From the NCBI GenBank assembly GCA_963785455.1, contig CAWAVL010000014.1:145444-209443 (forward strand): 64,000 bases of DNA. Direction: 5' to 3'. This document shows positions 39,767-50,811 of this stretch, piece after piece (the first letter of the stretch is position 1; each line of letters starts with the position of its first letter). The position numbers and the translations under genes are program-made. This DNA comes from an uncultured Actinomycetota bacterium (GTDB lineage Bacteria; Actinomycetota; Actinomycetes; Mycobacteriales; Nakamurellaceae). A model generated the notes under the pieces. It made no database searches, had not been told where the DNA came from, and saw nothing but the letters and a program-made list of their open reading frames with translations.

Positions 39767-42112
39767 CTAGCGGACCAGCGCGTCGGAGACCGCTGCGGCG
39801 ACCTCCCTGGCCGTGGCGGGGGACGGCTGTGAGCCGTCCGCGTTCTGGACATACAGGACGTCGACCACCTCGGCGCCCATCGTGTGCACCCGCGCCGACA
39901 CCACACTCGCCCCCACGGCGGTCAGCGCGGACGCAACCGCGTACAGCAGCCCCGGCGCATCGTGCGCCCGGACCTCCAGCACCGCAGAGCTTTCCGAGGC
40001 ACCGTCGGCAACCAGCACCTCCGGCGGCGCGGCCGGACCGCGCTTGGTCGGCGCTGCCCGGCGGGCCAGCCGGGCAGCGACGTCGAGCGACCCGTCCAGG
40101 GCGCGGACCAGGTCCGCCCGCAAAGTGGCCGCCTCGGGCGCCGTGCCGAACTGCGAGGCCACTGTCCAGGTCTGCAGGCCGGTGCCGTCGATGGTGCGGA
40201 CTGCGGCGGTGCGCACCGTCAGCCGGTGCAGGGTCAGCACCCCTGCCGCGGCCGCGAGCAGGCCCGGCCGGTCCGGGGCGGCGACACTGATCCGCAGCGC
40301 ACCGGGCACCTGCTCGATGACAACACCGAGCTTCCCGGTCGCTGTCAGTTCCCTTTCCACCTGGGTGATCGGCGGCGGCTGCGCGGGCGGCTGCCCGGCC
40401 AGCGCGCGGCGGACGACGGCCACCAGATGGTTGATCTGCCCAGCCCGCCACGTCGTCCAGGCGTTCGGTCCGGCCGCCCGGGCATCGGCCTCGGTCAGCG
40501 CGGCCAGCAACTCCAGCGTCGGCAGGTCGCCGACCGCCTCCACGACCGTGGCGACGGTGGCCGGGTCGTCCGGGTCGCGACGTGCCACGGTGTCACCGAG
40601 CAGCAGGTGGTGGCGGATCAGCAGGGAGATCACTGCGATGTCGTCGGGGCGGACGCCCATCCGGCGCAGCCACCGCACCGAGATCTCGGCGCCGGCGACC
40701 GAATGGTCGGGGTACTCGTCACCGTGCCCTTTGCCCACGTCGTGCAGGATCGCGGCCAGCAGCAACAGGTCGGGGCGGGCCACCCGGCGGACGAGGCCTG
40801 CTGCGATGACGGCGGTTTCCATGAGGTGCCGGTCCACGGTGAACCGGTGGATCGGGTCGCGCTGCGGCTTGGACCGCAACCGCTCCCACCCGGGCAGCAT
40901 GGCGGCGATCAGCCCGGCCTGGTCCAGGTCCTCCCAGGCGGCGATCATCGGCGTACCGGAGCCGAGCAGCGCGAGGAAGGCCTCGAGCGCGATCGGCGGC
41001 CACGGGTCGGGCAGCGGCGGGCACGACCTGGCCAGCCTGAGCACCGTCGCCGGTGAAACCGGCAGCCCCGCCTGTGCAGCGGCCGCCGCGGCCCTGACGA
41101 CCAGGGTCGGGTCGGCCGCCGGGTTGACCGCGCGGGCCAGCACCGCCTCGCCGTCCTGCTCGACGATCCCGTCGGCGAGCGGTGTGCGTTCGGGCCGGCG
41201 GACCAGCCGGCCGCCGACGTCGGTGATGGTGCCCTGCGGCCGGCTCAGCGCCCTGGCGACCCGGTGCCAGGTCAGGTCACTGGCGTGGTCGACGGTCCGG
41301 GCGATGCCGGCCACGTGCCTGAGCAGCACGTCCCGGTCGTCCAGGCCCAGGACCTCCGCGACGGCGTCCTGGTCCTGCAGCTGCAGCCGGTCGGTGGCCC
41401 GGCCGGCGAGGGTCTGCACGATGTCGCGGACGTCGAGCAGTGCCGATCGTGCCTCCTCCAGGCCCTGGTGGGGGCAGTCGGCGACCCAGGATGCGGCCAC
41501 CGCGCGCATCACCACCAGATCGCGCATGCCGCCGCGGGACTCCTTGAGATCGGGGGTGGTGGCGAAGGCCAGCTCGCCGGACCGTTCGGCGCGTTCCTGG
41601 CAGGACACCCGTAATGCCTCGAGCCGGTTCCTGGCGTCTGATCGCCAGTCCGCCAGCACCCTGCGGTGCAGCGTCACCGCCAGTTCCGGATCCCCGGCGA
41701 TGTGCCGCAGGTCCAGCATGCCGAGCATGGCGGGAAGGTCGGTGCGGGCGATCTGGCGCGCGCCGCCGACCGACCGCACGGAGTGGTCGAGCCGGATCTT
41801 GGAGTCCCAGATGGGGTACCACAGCCGCTCCGCCAGCATCCCCGCGTACGACGCGGGCGTCTCGGTGGAGTGCAGCAGCACCAGGTCGAGATCGGAGAAC
41901 GGGGAGAGCTCGCCCCTGCCGTAGCCGCCGACGGCGACCAGCGCGACCCCGCCGACGTTGACGCCGGCCTCCTGGGCCAGCTCGGTGAGCCAGCCGTCGG
42001 TCAACCGGGCAAGGGCCCGCCGCCGGGCCGGACCGGGTACCCCGGTCCGGCCCAGCAACTGGGCCCTGAGCTCAGCGAAACCGCCCGCCGTCCCCACAGG
42101 CGAATTCGCCAT
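39767..42112 (-). CDS. glnD: PII uridylyltransferase
   Basis: AVGGYGRGELSPFSDLDL NTase, DLKESRGGMRD, HRFTVDRH...LHDVGKG HD domain, two ACT domains. Confidence 0.95.
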   Translation of the reverse strand: MANSPVGTAGGFAELRAQLLGRTGVPGPARRRALARLTDGWLTELAQEAGVNVGGVALVAVGGYGRGELSPFSDLDLVLLHSTETPASYAGMLAERLWYPIWDSKIRLDHSVRSVGGARQIARTDLPAMLGMLDLRHIAGDPELAVTLHRRVLADWRSDARNRLEALRVSCQERAERSGELAFATTPDLKESRGGMRDLVVMRAVAASWVADCPHQGLEEARSALLDVRDIVQTLAGRATDRLQLQDQDAVAEVLGLDDRDVLLRHVAGIARTVDHASDLTWHRVARALSRPQGTITDVGGRLVRRPERTPLADGIVEQDGEAVLARAVNPAADPTLVVRAAAAAAQAGLPVSPATVLRLARSCPPLPDPWPPIALEAFLALLGSGTPMIAAWEDLDQAGLIAAMLPGWERLRSKPQRDPIHRFTVDRHLMETAVIAAGLVRRVARPDLLLLAAILHDVGKGHGDEYPDHSVAGAEISVRWLRRMGVRPDDIAVISLLIRHHLLLGDTVARRDPDDPATVATVVEAVGDLPTLELLAALTEADARAAGPNAWTTWRAGQINHLVAVVRRALAGQPPAQPPPITQVERELTATGKLGVVIEQVPGALRISVAAPDRPGLLAAAAGVLTLHRLTVRTAAVRTIDGTGLQTWTVASQFGTAPEAATLRADLVRALDGSLDVAARLARRAAPTKRGPAAPPEVLVADGASESSAVLEVRAHDAPGLLYAVASALTAVGASVVSARVHTMGAEVVDVLYVQNADGSQPSPATAREVAAAVSDALVR

Positions 42113-42116
42113 CTTT

Positions 42117-43825
<1,709 letters not shown>

Positions 43826-43940
43826 CAAGCCTCCAGGCTCTAGGAGAGGTGATCAGGCCGGCCGCGCGCAGGGCGGCACGCGGCTGACCAGGTGACCTCA
43901 GAAGATTCGCCTGGGAGTATTTCCATCGGCACTCGGCGAC

Positions 43941-44009
43941 GTTTCGCGGCTGTGAACTCGGACCCGAATGTGTTGCCGCAGCGTTTCGTTTCTGTCGACA
44001 ACGTGTGAC
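43941..44009 (-). promoter_or_regulatory. putative GlnR boxes upstream of amtB-glnK-glnD
   Basis: Minus strand TTCAC-n6-GAAAC (43956-43941) and an 11-bp-periodic GTCAC-n6-TCGAC-n6-GAAAC-n6-GCAAC (44009-43972); fits the GlnR a/b-site consensus gTnAc-n6-GaAAc. Confidence 0.65.
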
Positions 44010-44034
44010 GTGCCGCTACCCAACGTGAGGTCGG

Positions 44035-45648
44035 CTAGTCGCCGAGCAGCGCGTCGACGAAGGCGGCAGCCTCGAACGGCGCCAGGTCGTCGGCGCCTTC
44101 ACCGAGCCCGACCAGCTTGACCGGCACGTTCAACGTGCGTTGCACCGCAACGACGATGCCGCCCTTGGCGGTGCCGTCCAGCTTGGTCAGCACGATGCCG
44201 GTGATGTCCACCACGTCGGCGAAGACGGTGGCCTGGACCAGTCCGTTCTGCCCGGTCGTGGCGTCCAGCACGAGCAGGATCTCGTCGACCTCCGCCTGCT
44301 TCTCGATGACCCGCTTGATCTTGCCGAGCTCGTCCATCAGGCCGCTCTTGGTGTGCAACCGGCCGGCGGTGTCGATCAGTACGGCGTCCGCGCCGTCGGT
44401 GACGCCGCGCTTGACGGCGTCAAAGGCGACCGATGCCGGGTCGGTACCGGCATCGGCCCTGACAACCACGGCGCCGGCGCGCTCACCCCAGGTGGACAGC
44501 TGCTCGGCGGCCGCCGCACGGAACGTGTCTGCCGCGCCGAGCACCACATGGCGGCCGTCGGCGACCAGCACCCTGGCCAGCTTGCCGGTGGTGGTGGTCT
44601 TCCCGGTGCCGTTCACGCCGACGATCAACAACACCGAGGGGCGGCCGTCGTGCGGCAGCGCCCGGACCGAACGGTCCATGCTCGGATCGACGGCGTCGAT
44701 CAGTACCCGACGCAGCAGGGCGCGGGCGCTGGCCGCGTCGGTGATGCCGTGCGTGGCGACCTCGGTGCGCAGCCGCTGAGTGATCTCGGCCGCGGCACCG
44801 GCGCCGAGGTCCGCCATCAGCAGGGTGTCCTCGACGTCGATCCAGGAATCCTCGTCGAGCGTGCCCGCGCCGAGCAGGCCCAGCAGCGACCGGCCGAACG
44901 CGTTCTGGCTGCGGGACAGCCTTCCGCGCAGCCGGTTGAGCCGGCCGGCCGCCGGTTCGATCTCCTCACGTTGCTGCGGCTCGGGTTCCGGCTCCGGCTC
45001 GACCCCCGGCTCGGGCTCGACCACAGGCTCGGGCTCGACCACCGGCTCGGGCTCGGGCTCCACCACCGGGGTCGGCTCGACCACCTGCGGGGCCGGCGGC
45101 GCCTCCGGCAACGCGATGTCCACGATCGCCCGGGTGGGCGAGTCCCGCGGAATCGCCGCGTCGTCACCGACACCCGGCTGGCCATCGGTCTCGGTCCGCT
45201 CGCGGACAGGTTCCGGCTGCGGTTCCGGTTCCGGTTCCGGTTCCGGTTCCGGTTCCGGTTCCGGCTGTGGCTGCGGCTCCTCGACCGGCACCACCGGGAA
45301 GGGCCGGGTGGGCGGTGGGGTGAGCGGCTTGGTGACCACGGTGGGCGGCTGTGCGGGTGGCTGCGCCGGCGCGGTGGGAGGTGGCGCGGTGGGAGGTGGC
45401 GCGGTGGGAGGTGGCGCGGTGGCGGTGCCCGATCCGCCGTCACCGGACCCGCTGCCCCCCGAGGAGAACGAGATCGACCCGCCGGCCTTGTACCCACCCT
45501 TGGGTGGTGGCGGTCCCTCGGTGACGGACGGCTTGGGGGCAGTGTCCCGCAGCGAGACACGGCGCCTGCGGCCGAGCACGGCGCCCACCGCCAGGGCGAT
45601 GGCCACCACGACGACAATGGCTATAACGATCCAGATCCACGTTGGCAC
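44035..45648 (-). CDS. ftsY: SRP receptor FtsY with N-terminal TM and Pro/Glu-rich linker
   Basis: TM start (WIWIVIAIVVVV), GVNGTGKTTT, DTFRAAA, DTAGRLH, TKLDGTAKGG. Confidence 0.96.
   Translation of the reverse strand: MPTWIWIVIAIVVVVAIALAVGAVLGRRRRVSLRDTAPKPSVTEGPPPPKGGYKAGGSISFSSGGSGSGDGGSGTATAPPPTAPPPTAPPPTAPAQPPAQPPTVVTKPLTPPPTRPFPVVPVEEPQPQPEPEPEPEPEPEPEPQPEPVRERTETDGQPGVGDDAAIPRDSPTRAIVDIALPEAPPAPQVVEPTPVVEPEPEPVVEPEPVVEPEPGVEPEPEPEPQQREEIEPAAGRLNRLRGRLSRSQNAFGRSLLGLLGAGTLDEDSWIDVEDTLLMADLGAGAAAEITQRLRTEVATHGITDAASARALLRRVLIDAVDPSMDRSVRALPHDGRPSVLLIVGVNGTGKTTTTGKLARVLVADGRHVVLGAADTFRAAAAEQLSTWGERAGAVVVRADAGTDPASVAFDAVKRGVTDGADAVLIDTAGRLHTKSGLMDELGKIKRVIEKQAEVDEILLVLDATTGQNGLVQATVFADVVDITGIVLTKLDGTAKGGIVVAVQRTLNVPVKLVGLGEGADDLAPFEAAAFVDALLGD
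45221..45262. repeat. (GGTTCC)7 microsatellite in the ftsY linker
   Basis: Seven perfect hexamers encoding (EP)n. Confidence 0.9.
45368..45422. repeat. 15-nt tandem repeat (~3.7 copies) in the ftsY linker
   Basis: GGCGCGGTGGGAGGT units encoding TAPPP. Confidence 0.9.
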
Positions 45649-45665
45649 CCGGCAATCCTGACAGA

Positions 45666-48600
45666 TCAGCCGCTGTCGAAAACCCGGTCCACCACCTTGC
45701 GGGCGCGTCGCGTCGCCCTGCGGTAGTCGTCCACGAACTCGCCGGGGTCCTCGCCCGGCGGGTAACCGAGCGCCCGTGCGACGGCGGCGAGCTCCCTGCC
45801 CTGGCGTGGGATCTGGTCCTCCGGCTTGCCGCGGACCAGCATCAGCGCGTTCCGGGTCCTGGACGCCTCCAGCCACCCGTTCTTCAGGTTGGTCGCGTCA
45901 CCGGTGCTGATCAGACCGGCCGCCGCGGCGGCGTCGATGGCCTGGAGGGTGGCCGGCGTCCTGAGCTCGGCGACCTCGTGCGCGTGCTGGAGTTGCAGCA
46001 GCTGCACCGTCCATTCGATGTCGGCGAGGCCGCCGCGACCCAGTTTGGTGTGCGTGGTGGGGTCGGCACCCCTGGGCAGCCGTTCGGCATCCACCCGCGC
46101 CTTGATCCGCCGGATCTCCACCACGTCACGATGCGAAAGGCCGCCCACCGGATAACGGAACTCGTCGGCGGCCTCGATGAACTCCCGGCCCAGCTCGGGG
46201 TCGCCGGCGACGGGACGCGCGCGCAGCAACGCTTGCCGCTCCCACGGCGCGGCCACCTTCGCCCAGTAGCCCCGGTAGGAATCCAGGGACCGGACGAGCG
46301 GGCCGTTCTTGCCCTCGGGACGCAGATTGGCGTCGATCTCCAACGGCGGATCCGGTGTCGGGCGGGCGAGCAGCCGGATCACCAGGTCGGCCGCCGCCGC
46401 GGCGTCGCTGCGGGCTGCCTGGTCGTCCTCGCCGGGCAGCGTGTCCATGACGAACATCACGTCGGCGTCCGAGGAGTACCCCAGCTCCGCCCCACCGAGC
46501 CGGCCCATGCCGATGACGGCGAGCCGGGCCCGGAACCCGCCGCGTTCGGTCGTGACCTGCTCGACCGCCGCGTCAAAGGCGACGCCGATGCTGCTCTCCG
46601 CGACGCTGGTCAGGCCGCGGGCGATGTTCGTCACCGAGATGAGCCCGAGCAGGTCGCCGCACGCCAGCCGTAGCATTTCGTGCCGCCGGGCCGACCGGGC
46701 GGCATCGACGGCGTCCCGGACGGTCGCCGCGCGCCCGCACCGCGCGACGAGGGCGCCGGCGACGGTTTCGGGTTCCGGTGCGAGCAGCGCCTGGTCGTCG
46801 GCGAGCAGTTGCAGCACGTCCGGCGCCCGGGTCAGCAGACTGGCGATGAGCCGGGACCCGCCCAGCAGGGTCGCCAACCGTTCGGCGACCGAACCTTCGT
46901 CGCGCAGTAACCGCAGGTACCACGGCGTGTCGGCGAGCGCCTCGGAGACCTGCCGGTAGGACAGCAGCCCACCGTCCGGGTCCGGGCTGGACGAGAAGTA
47001 GTCGAGCAGCACGGGGAGCAAGGTGCGCTGGATGGCGGCGCGCCGGCTGACGCCCAGGGTGAGCGCCGCCAGGTGCCGCATCGCCGCGTCCGGCGCGGTG
47101 AAGCCCAGCGCCGCCAGCCGGGCGGTGGCCGCCTGGGGGGAGAGCCGGGTCTCGTCCTCGCCGACCGCCGCGATGGCGTGCAGCAGCGGCCGGTAGAAGA
47201 GTTTCTCGTGCAGCCGTCGGACCGTGCCGGCGTGCCGGGCGCGTTCGGCGATGAAGACCTCTGCCGCGCTCGCCGCACCCGAGGCGGTGTACCCGTCGGA
47301 CCGGGCCAGCCATTCCATGTCGCCGCGGTCCTCGGGCAGCAGGTGGGTGCGGCGGAGTCGCTGCAGTTGCAGCCGGTGCTCGGCCCGCCGCAGGAATGTG
47401 TAGGCGGCGGCCATTTCGGCACCGTCGGTGCGCCCGACGTAGCCGCCGCGGATCAGCGACCGCAGTCCCATCAGGGTGCCGGGCAGACGCAGTCCGGGGT
47501 CGGTTCGGCCGTGCACCAGTTGCAGCAGCTGGACGGCGAATTCGACGTCCCGCAGGCCGCCGGCGCCGAGCTTGAGCTCGCGGTCGCGGTGCCCGGCGGG
47601 GATGTTCTCCTCGACCCGGCGGCGCATGGCCTGCACGTCGTCGACGAAGGATTCCCGGCGGGCCGCGGACCACACGCCGGGGCCGGTGATGTCCAGGAAC
47701 TGCTGGCCCAGGTCGGGGTCACCGGCGGCCGGCCGCGCCTTGAGCAGCGCCTGGAACTCCCAGGTGTGCGCCCAGCGCCCGTAGTACGACGCCAGCGACG
47801 CCGGCGTCCGGACCAGCGCACCGGCCTTGCCCTCCGGTCGCAGCGCGGCGTCCACCTCCCACGCCGCGGACCCGCAGATCCGCATCATCCCGGCGGCGAG
47901 GGTGGAGGCGGTGGCGAGCATGCCGGTGTCGTCACCGGGTTGTTCGGGGTCGGGATGGTCGGCGGCGAAGATGACGTCCACGTCCGACAGGTAGTTGAGC
48001 TCCTTCGCGCCGCACTTGCCCATCGCGATGACGGCGAGCCGGGCGGGCGCGGCGTTGACCGGTAGCTCCGCCGCGGCGACCGCGAGACCGGTCTGCAGGG
48101 TGACGTCGGCCAGCTCGGTCAGCGCCTGACACACCGCCGGCAGAGCCGTCGTGGGAAGGGAGGTCTCGACGGCGGGTGCCAGGTCGTGAGCGGCGACGAT
48201 CAGCAGCTGAGAGCGGTAGGCGCGGCGCAGGGCGGCGATCGCCTTGCCGCCGGTCAGCGTCGCTCGCGTGCCGCCGGTTCCGGTGCACCGTGGACCTTCG
48301 GGATCCAGGCCCACTGCCGCGCCGAGGATGTCCCGGATGCTGCGCGGGTCCAGCAGCGACTCGGCCGGCGCCTCGGGGAGCAGCGACCGCCATTGCGCCG
48401 GCCACGCGGCGAGGTGTTCGGACAGCACGGTCGACGCACCCAGCAAGGCGACCAGCCGGCCGCGGAACCGCGGCTCGTGGTGCAGGGCGGTCAGCAGGTC
48501 GTCACGGTCGTCGGCGGCTTCGATCAGCCGGGCCAGGCCGTGCGCAGCCAGTTCCGGTCGGCCGGCCCGGGACAACGCGACCAGGACATCCTCCTCGCCG

Positions 48601-48710
48601 GCGATCACCCCGGACGGCCCGAACAGGCCGATGACGCCGAGATCGGCCCGGACCCGGTCGGTGTCCGGCAGCCCGAACCGGGCCGGCGTCCTGGTCGCGG
48701 GCCTGGTCAT
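45666..48710 (-). CDS. glnE: bifunctional glutamine synthetase adenylyltransferase/adenylyl-removing enzyme
   Basis: Two NTase halves: AMGKCGAKELNYLSDVDV and GMGRLGGAELGYSSDADV; LRPEG; KLGAGGLRDVEF and KLGRGGLADIEW. Confidence 0.96.
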   Translation of the reverse strand: MTRPATRTPARFGLPDTDRVRADLGVIGLFGPSGVIAGEEDVLVALSRAGRPELAAHGLARLIEAADDRDDLLTALHHEPRFRGRLVALLGASTVLSEHLAAWPAQWRSLLPEAPAESLLDPRSIRDILGAAVGLDPEGPRCTGTGGTRATLTGGKAIAALRRAYRSQLLIVAAHDLAPAVETSLPTTALPAVCQALTELADVTLQTGLAVAAAELPVNAAPARLAVIAMGKCGAKELNYLSDVDVIFAADHPDPEQPGDDTGMLATASTLAAGMMRICGSAAWEVDAALRPEGKAGALVRTPASLASYYGRWAHTWEFQALLKARPAAGDPDLGQQFLDITGPGVWSAARRESFVDDVQAMRRRVEENIPAGHRDRELKLGAGGLRDVEFAVQLLQLVHGRTDPGLRLPGTLMGLRSLIRGGYVGRTDGAEMAAAYTFLRRAEHRLQLQRLRRTHLLPEDRGDMEWLARSDGYTASGAASAAEVFIAERARHAGTVRRLHEKLFYRPLLHAIAAVGEDETRLSPQAATARLAALGFTAPDAAMRHLAALTLGVSRRAAIQRTLLPVLLDYFSSSPDPDGGLLSYRQVSEALADTPWYLRLLRDEGSVAERLATLLGGSRLIASLLTRAPDVLQLLADDQALLAPEPETVAGALVARCGRAATVRDAVDAARSARRHEMLRLACGDLLGLISVTNIARGLTSVAESSIGVAFDAAVEQVTTERGGFRARLAVIGMGRLGGAELGYSSDADVMFVMDTLPGEDDQAARSDAAAAADLVIRLLARPTPDPPLEIDANLRPEGKNGPLVRSLDSYRGYWAKVAAPWERQALLRARPVAGDPELGREFIEAADEFRYPVGGLSHRDVVEIRRIKARVDAERLPRGADPTTHTKLGRGGLADIEWTVQLLQLQHAHEVAELRTPATLQAIDAAAAAGLISTGDATNLKNGWLEASRTRNALMLVRGKPEDQIPRQGRELAAVARALGYPPGEDPGEFVDDYRRATRRARKVVDRVFDSG

Positions 48711-48741
48711 CGGACAGGCGTGGTCATCGGGGTCGGTGTGG

Positions 48742-49482
48742 TCATCGGTCCGGCGTCACGACCGGCAGCAGGGTGCGCGCAGGCCGGTGTCCTTTTCCGG
48801 CCAGCGCCACGAACCGGTGGGCGAACTCGCGCCAGACCTCCTCCATGGCCTCCTCCGCGGCGTCCAGCGCCGCACCCAGCCGGCCGGTGAACGGCACGTT
48901 CTCGCTGCGCGCCCACTCCCGGACGACCTCGGCGGGCGCCTCGATGTGGAACTGCAGGCCCCACGCCGCCTCCCCCTGGCGCCACGCCTGGTTCGGGTAG
49001 CCCATCGAGGAGAGCAGCAACACCGACCCCGGCGGCAGGCTCGGCACGACGTCGTAGTGGTAGTGCACGACGTCCGGCGTCATGGGCAGGTCGGCGAACA
49101 GCGGGTCGGACATGGCGGCGTCGCGCTTGGCGGCCAGGTACGCCCCGATCTCCGGTCCGGCGGACCCCTTCTCGACCCGTGCGCCGCCGGCGGCGGCGAG
49201 AAGCTGGCCGCCGAGGCAGATCCCGAGTGTCGGGGTGGTGGTCCGAATCGCTTGTACCAGCAAGGCTCTGGTCGCGGGCAACCACGGTGCGTGGTCGTCG
49301 TCGTTCGCGCCCATCTCACCGCCCAGGCTGATGACGGCGTCGAAGCCGTCGAGCGCGGCGGGCACGTCGTCGCCCAGATGCGGGCGGCACACGGTGAGTT
49401 CGGCGCCGGCAGCCGTCAGCCATTCCCCCAGTCGCAGCAACGGGTCGGACGGGTCGTGTTCGATCACCAGGATCTGGGTCAT
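48742..49482 (-). CDS. class I glutamine amidotransferase-like protein
   Basis: ILVIEH, GICLGGQLL (nucleophile Cys), LQFHIE. Confidence 0.88.
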   Translation of the reverse strand: MTQILVIEHDPSDPLLRLGEWLTAAGAELTVCRPHLGDDVPAALDGFDAVISLGGEMGANDDDHAPWLPATRALLVQAIRTTTPTLGICLGGQLLAAAGGARVEKGSAGPEIGAYLAAKRDAAMSDPLFADLPMTPDVVHYHYDVVPSLPPGSVLLLSSMGYPNQAWRQGEAAWGLQFHIEAPAEVVREWARSENVPFTGRLGAALDAAEEAMEEVWREFAHRFVALAGKGHRPARTLLPVVTPDR

Positions 49483-50276
49483 GGCGCGTCCTCCAACTCG
49501 ACGATCACCGGGGCGTGATCGGAGGGCAGCTTGCCCTTGCGCTCCTCCCGGTCGATGACCGCACCGGTGACCCGCGCCGCCAGCGCGGGGCTGGCCAGCG
49601 CGAAGTCGATGCGCATGCCGCGGCGCTTCTGGAACGCCAGCCGGGTGTAGTCCCAATAGGTGTAGACGCCCGGTCCGGGGTGGTAGGGGCGAACGACGTC
49701 GGAGAACCCGGCGTCGACGACGGAGAAGAAAGCCTGCCGCTCCGGCGGCGTGACATGGGTGGACCCGCGGTAGTAGTCGACGCTCCAGATGTCGTCGTCG
49801 GTGGGGGCAATGTTGAAATCCCCGCACAGCGCGATCTGCGCATCCGGCTGCGCCGCAAGCGATTTGGCACCGTAATCGTGTAGCGCGCCGAGCCAGGCGA
49901 GCTTGTAGTCGTAGTGCGGGTCGCCGACCGCCCGGCCGTTGGGAACGTAGAGGCTCCAGACCCGGACGTCACCGCAGAGCACGCCGATCGCCCGCGCCTC
50001 GGTCACGGCGGGATCACCGAACGGCGGCACCCCCGGCACGCCGATCTGGATGTCGTCGAGCCCCACCCGGGACAGCACCGCGACGCCGTTCCACTGGTTG
50101 GTGCCGTGGTGCGCCACCTGGTAGCCGAGTTCCTCGACCCGGGCGAACGGGAACTTGTCGTCGGGGACCTTGGTCTCCTGGATGGCGACGATGTCGACGT
50201 CGCTGCGGGCGAGCCATCCGGCGAGCCGGTCGATCCTGGCCCGCACCGAATTGATGTTCCAGGTGGCGAGGCGCAT
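49479..50276 (-). CDS. xthA: exodeoxyribonuclease III (AP endonuclease)
   Basis: MRLATWNINSVR, QETK, YVPNG, GDFNIAP, RIDF, SDHAP. Confidence 0.94.
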   Translation of the reverse strand: MRLATWNINSVRARIDRLAGWLARSDVDIVAIQETKVPDDKFPFARVEELGYQVAHHGTNQWNGVAVLSRVGLDDIQIGVPGVPPFGDPAVTEARAIGVLCGDVRVWSLYVPNGRAVGDPHYDYKLAWLGALHDYGAKSLAAQPDAQIALCGDFNIAPTDDDIWSVDYYRGSTHVTPPERQAFFSVVDAGFSDVVRPYHPGPGVYTYWDYTRLAFQKRRGMRIDFALASPALAARVTGAVIDREERKGKLPSDHAPVIVELEDAP

Positions 50277-50280
50277 CAGA

Positions 50281-50787
50281 TCACCCCAGCACCGGTGCAG
50301 CGGGCGGGGCCGGGACGAAGAACGCCACGGTCCACTCCGGGCGGGACTCGCCGTCGATCCTGGCCCGCCAGAGCAGGGCCTGCCCGGGTGGCAGCGGCAG
50401 CCCCGTGTTGAAGTACAGCACCACATGTGACCGAGTGGGCAGGGCCCGCCGCGGGACGCCGCTGCCCCGGAAGTTGGGTTCCTCGATCTGCAGTGTCTGG
50501 CCGAACCGCATGACCCGGGTCCCGGGCACGGCGGCGGTCTGTTCGAGTTCGACCGGAGTGCCGTTCTCCCGCTCCAGCACCACCTCGAAGGCGTACTGCT
50601 CGTTGAACAGTTCCGGCGGGAACGTGAGGCTGACCACGAGCGCGAAGGCGGCGGACACTCCGGTGGTGTGATCGCGGCCGATCAGCTGCAGTCCCCCGCC
50701 CACCATCTGCAGTTTGCCGAGCTGGTCCGCGACGGCGAAGTCGGCCAGTATCAACGACACCGACGCCCGTTCGAACACCTCGCTCAT
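50281..50787 (-). CDS. hypothetical beta-rich protein (168 aa)
   Basis: Protein-like composition (ILADFA...GKLQMVGGG), tightly packed between dnaE2 and xthA. Confidence 0.7.
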   Translation of the reverse strand: MSEVFERASVSLILADFAVADQLGKLQMVGGGLQLIGRDHTTGVSAAFALVVSLTFPPELFNEQYAFEVVLERENGTPVELEQTAAVPGTRVMRFGQTLQIEEPNFRGSGVPRRALPTRSHVVLYFNTGLPLPPGQALLWRARIDGESRPEWTVAFFVPAPPAAPVLG

Positions 50788-50811
50788 GGGCACGATCGTG
50801 CCAGACCTGGG

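Noticed and set aside
45221-45422. Tandem repeats as a CRISPR array
   Set aside because: No spacers, in-frame coding repeats inside ftsY, and no cas genes in the window.
50768-50778. GTTCGAAC near the start of the 168-aa gene as an SOS box
   Set aside because: Only juxtaposed half-sites in the wrong order, not GAAC-N4-GTTC.
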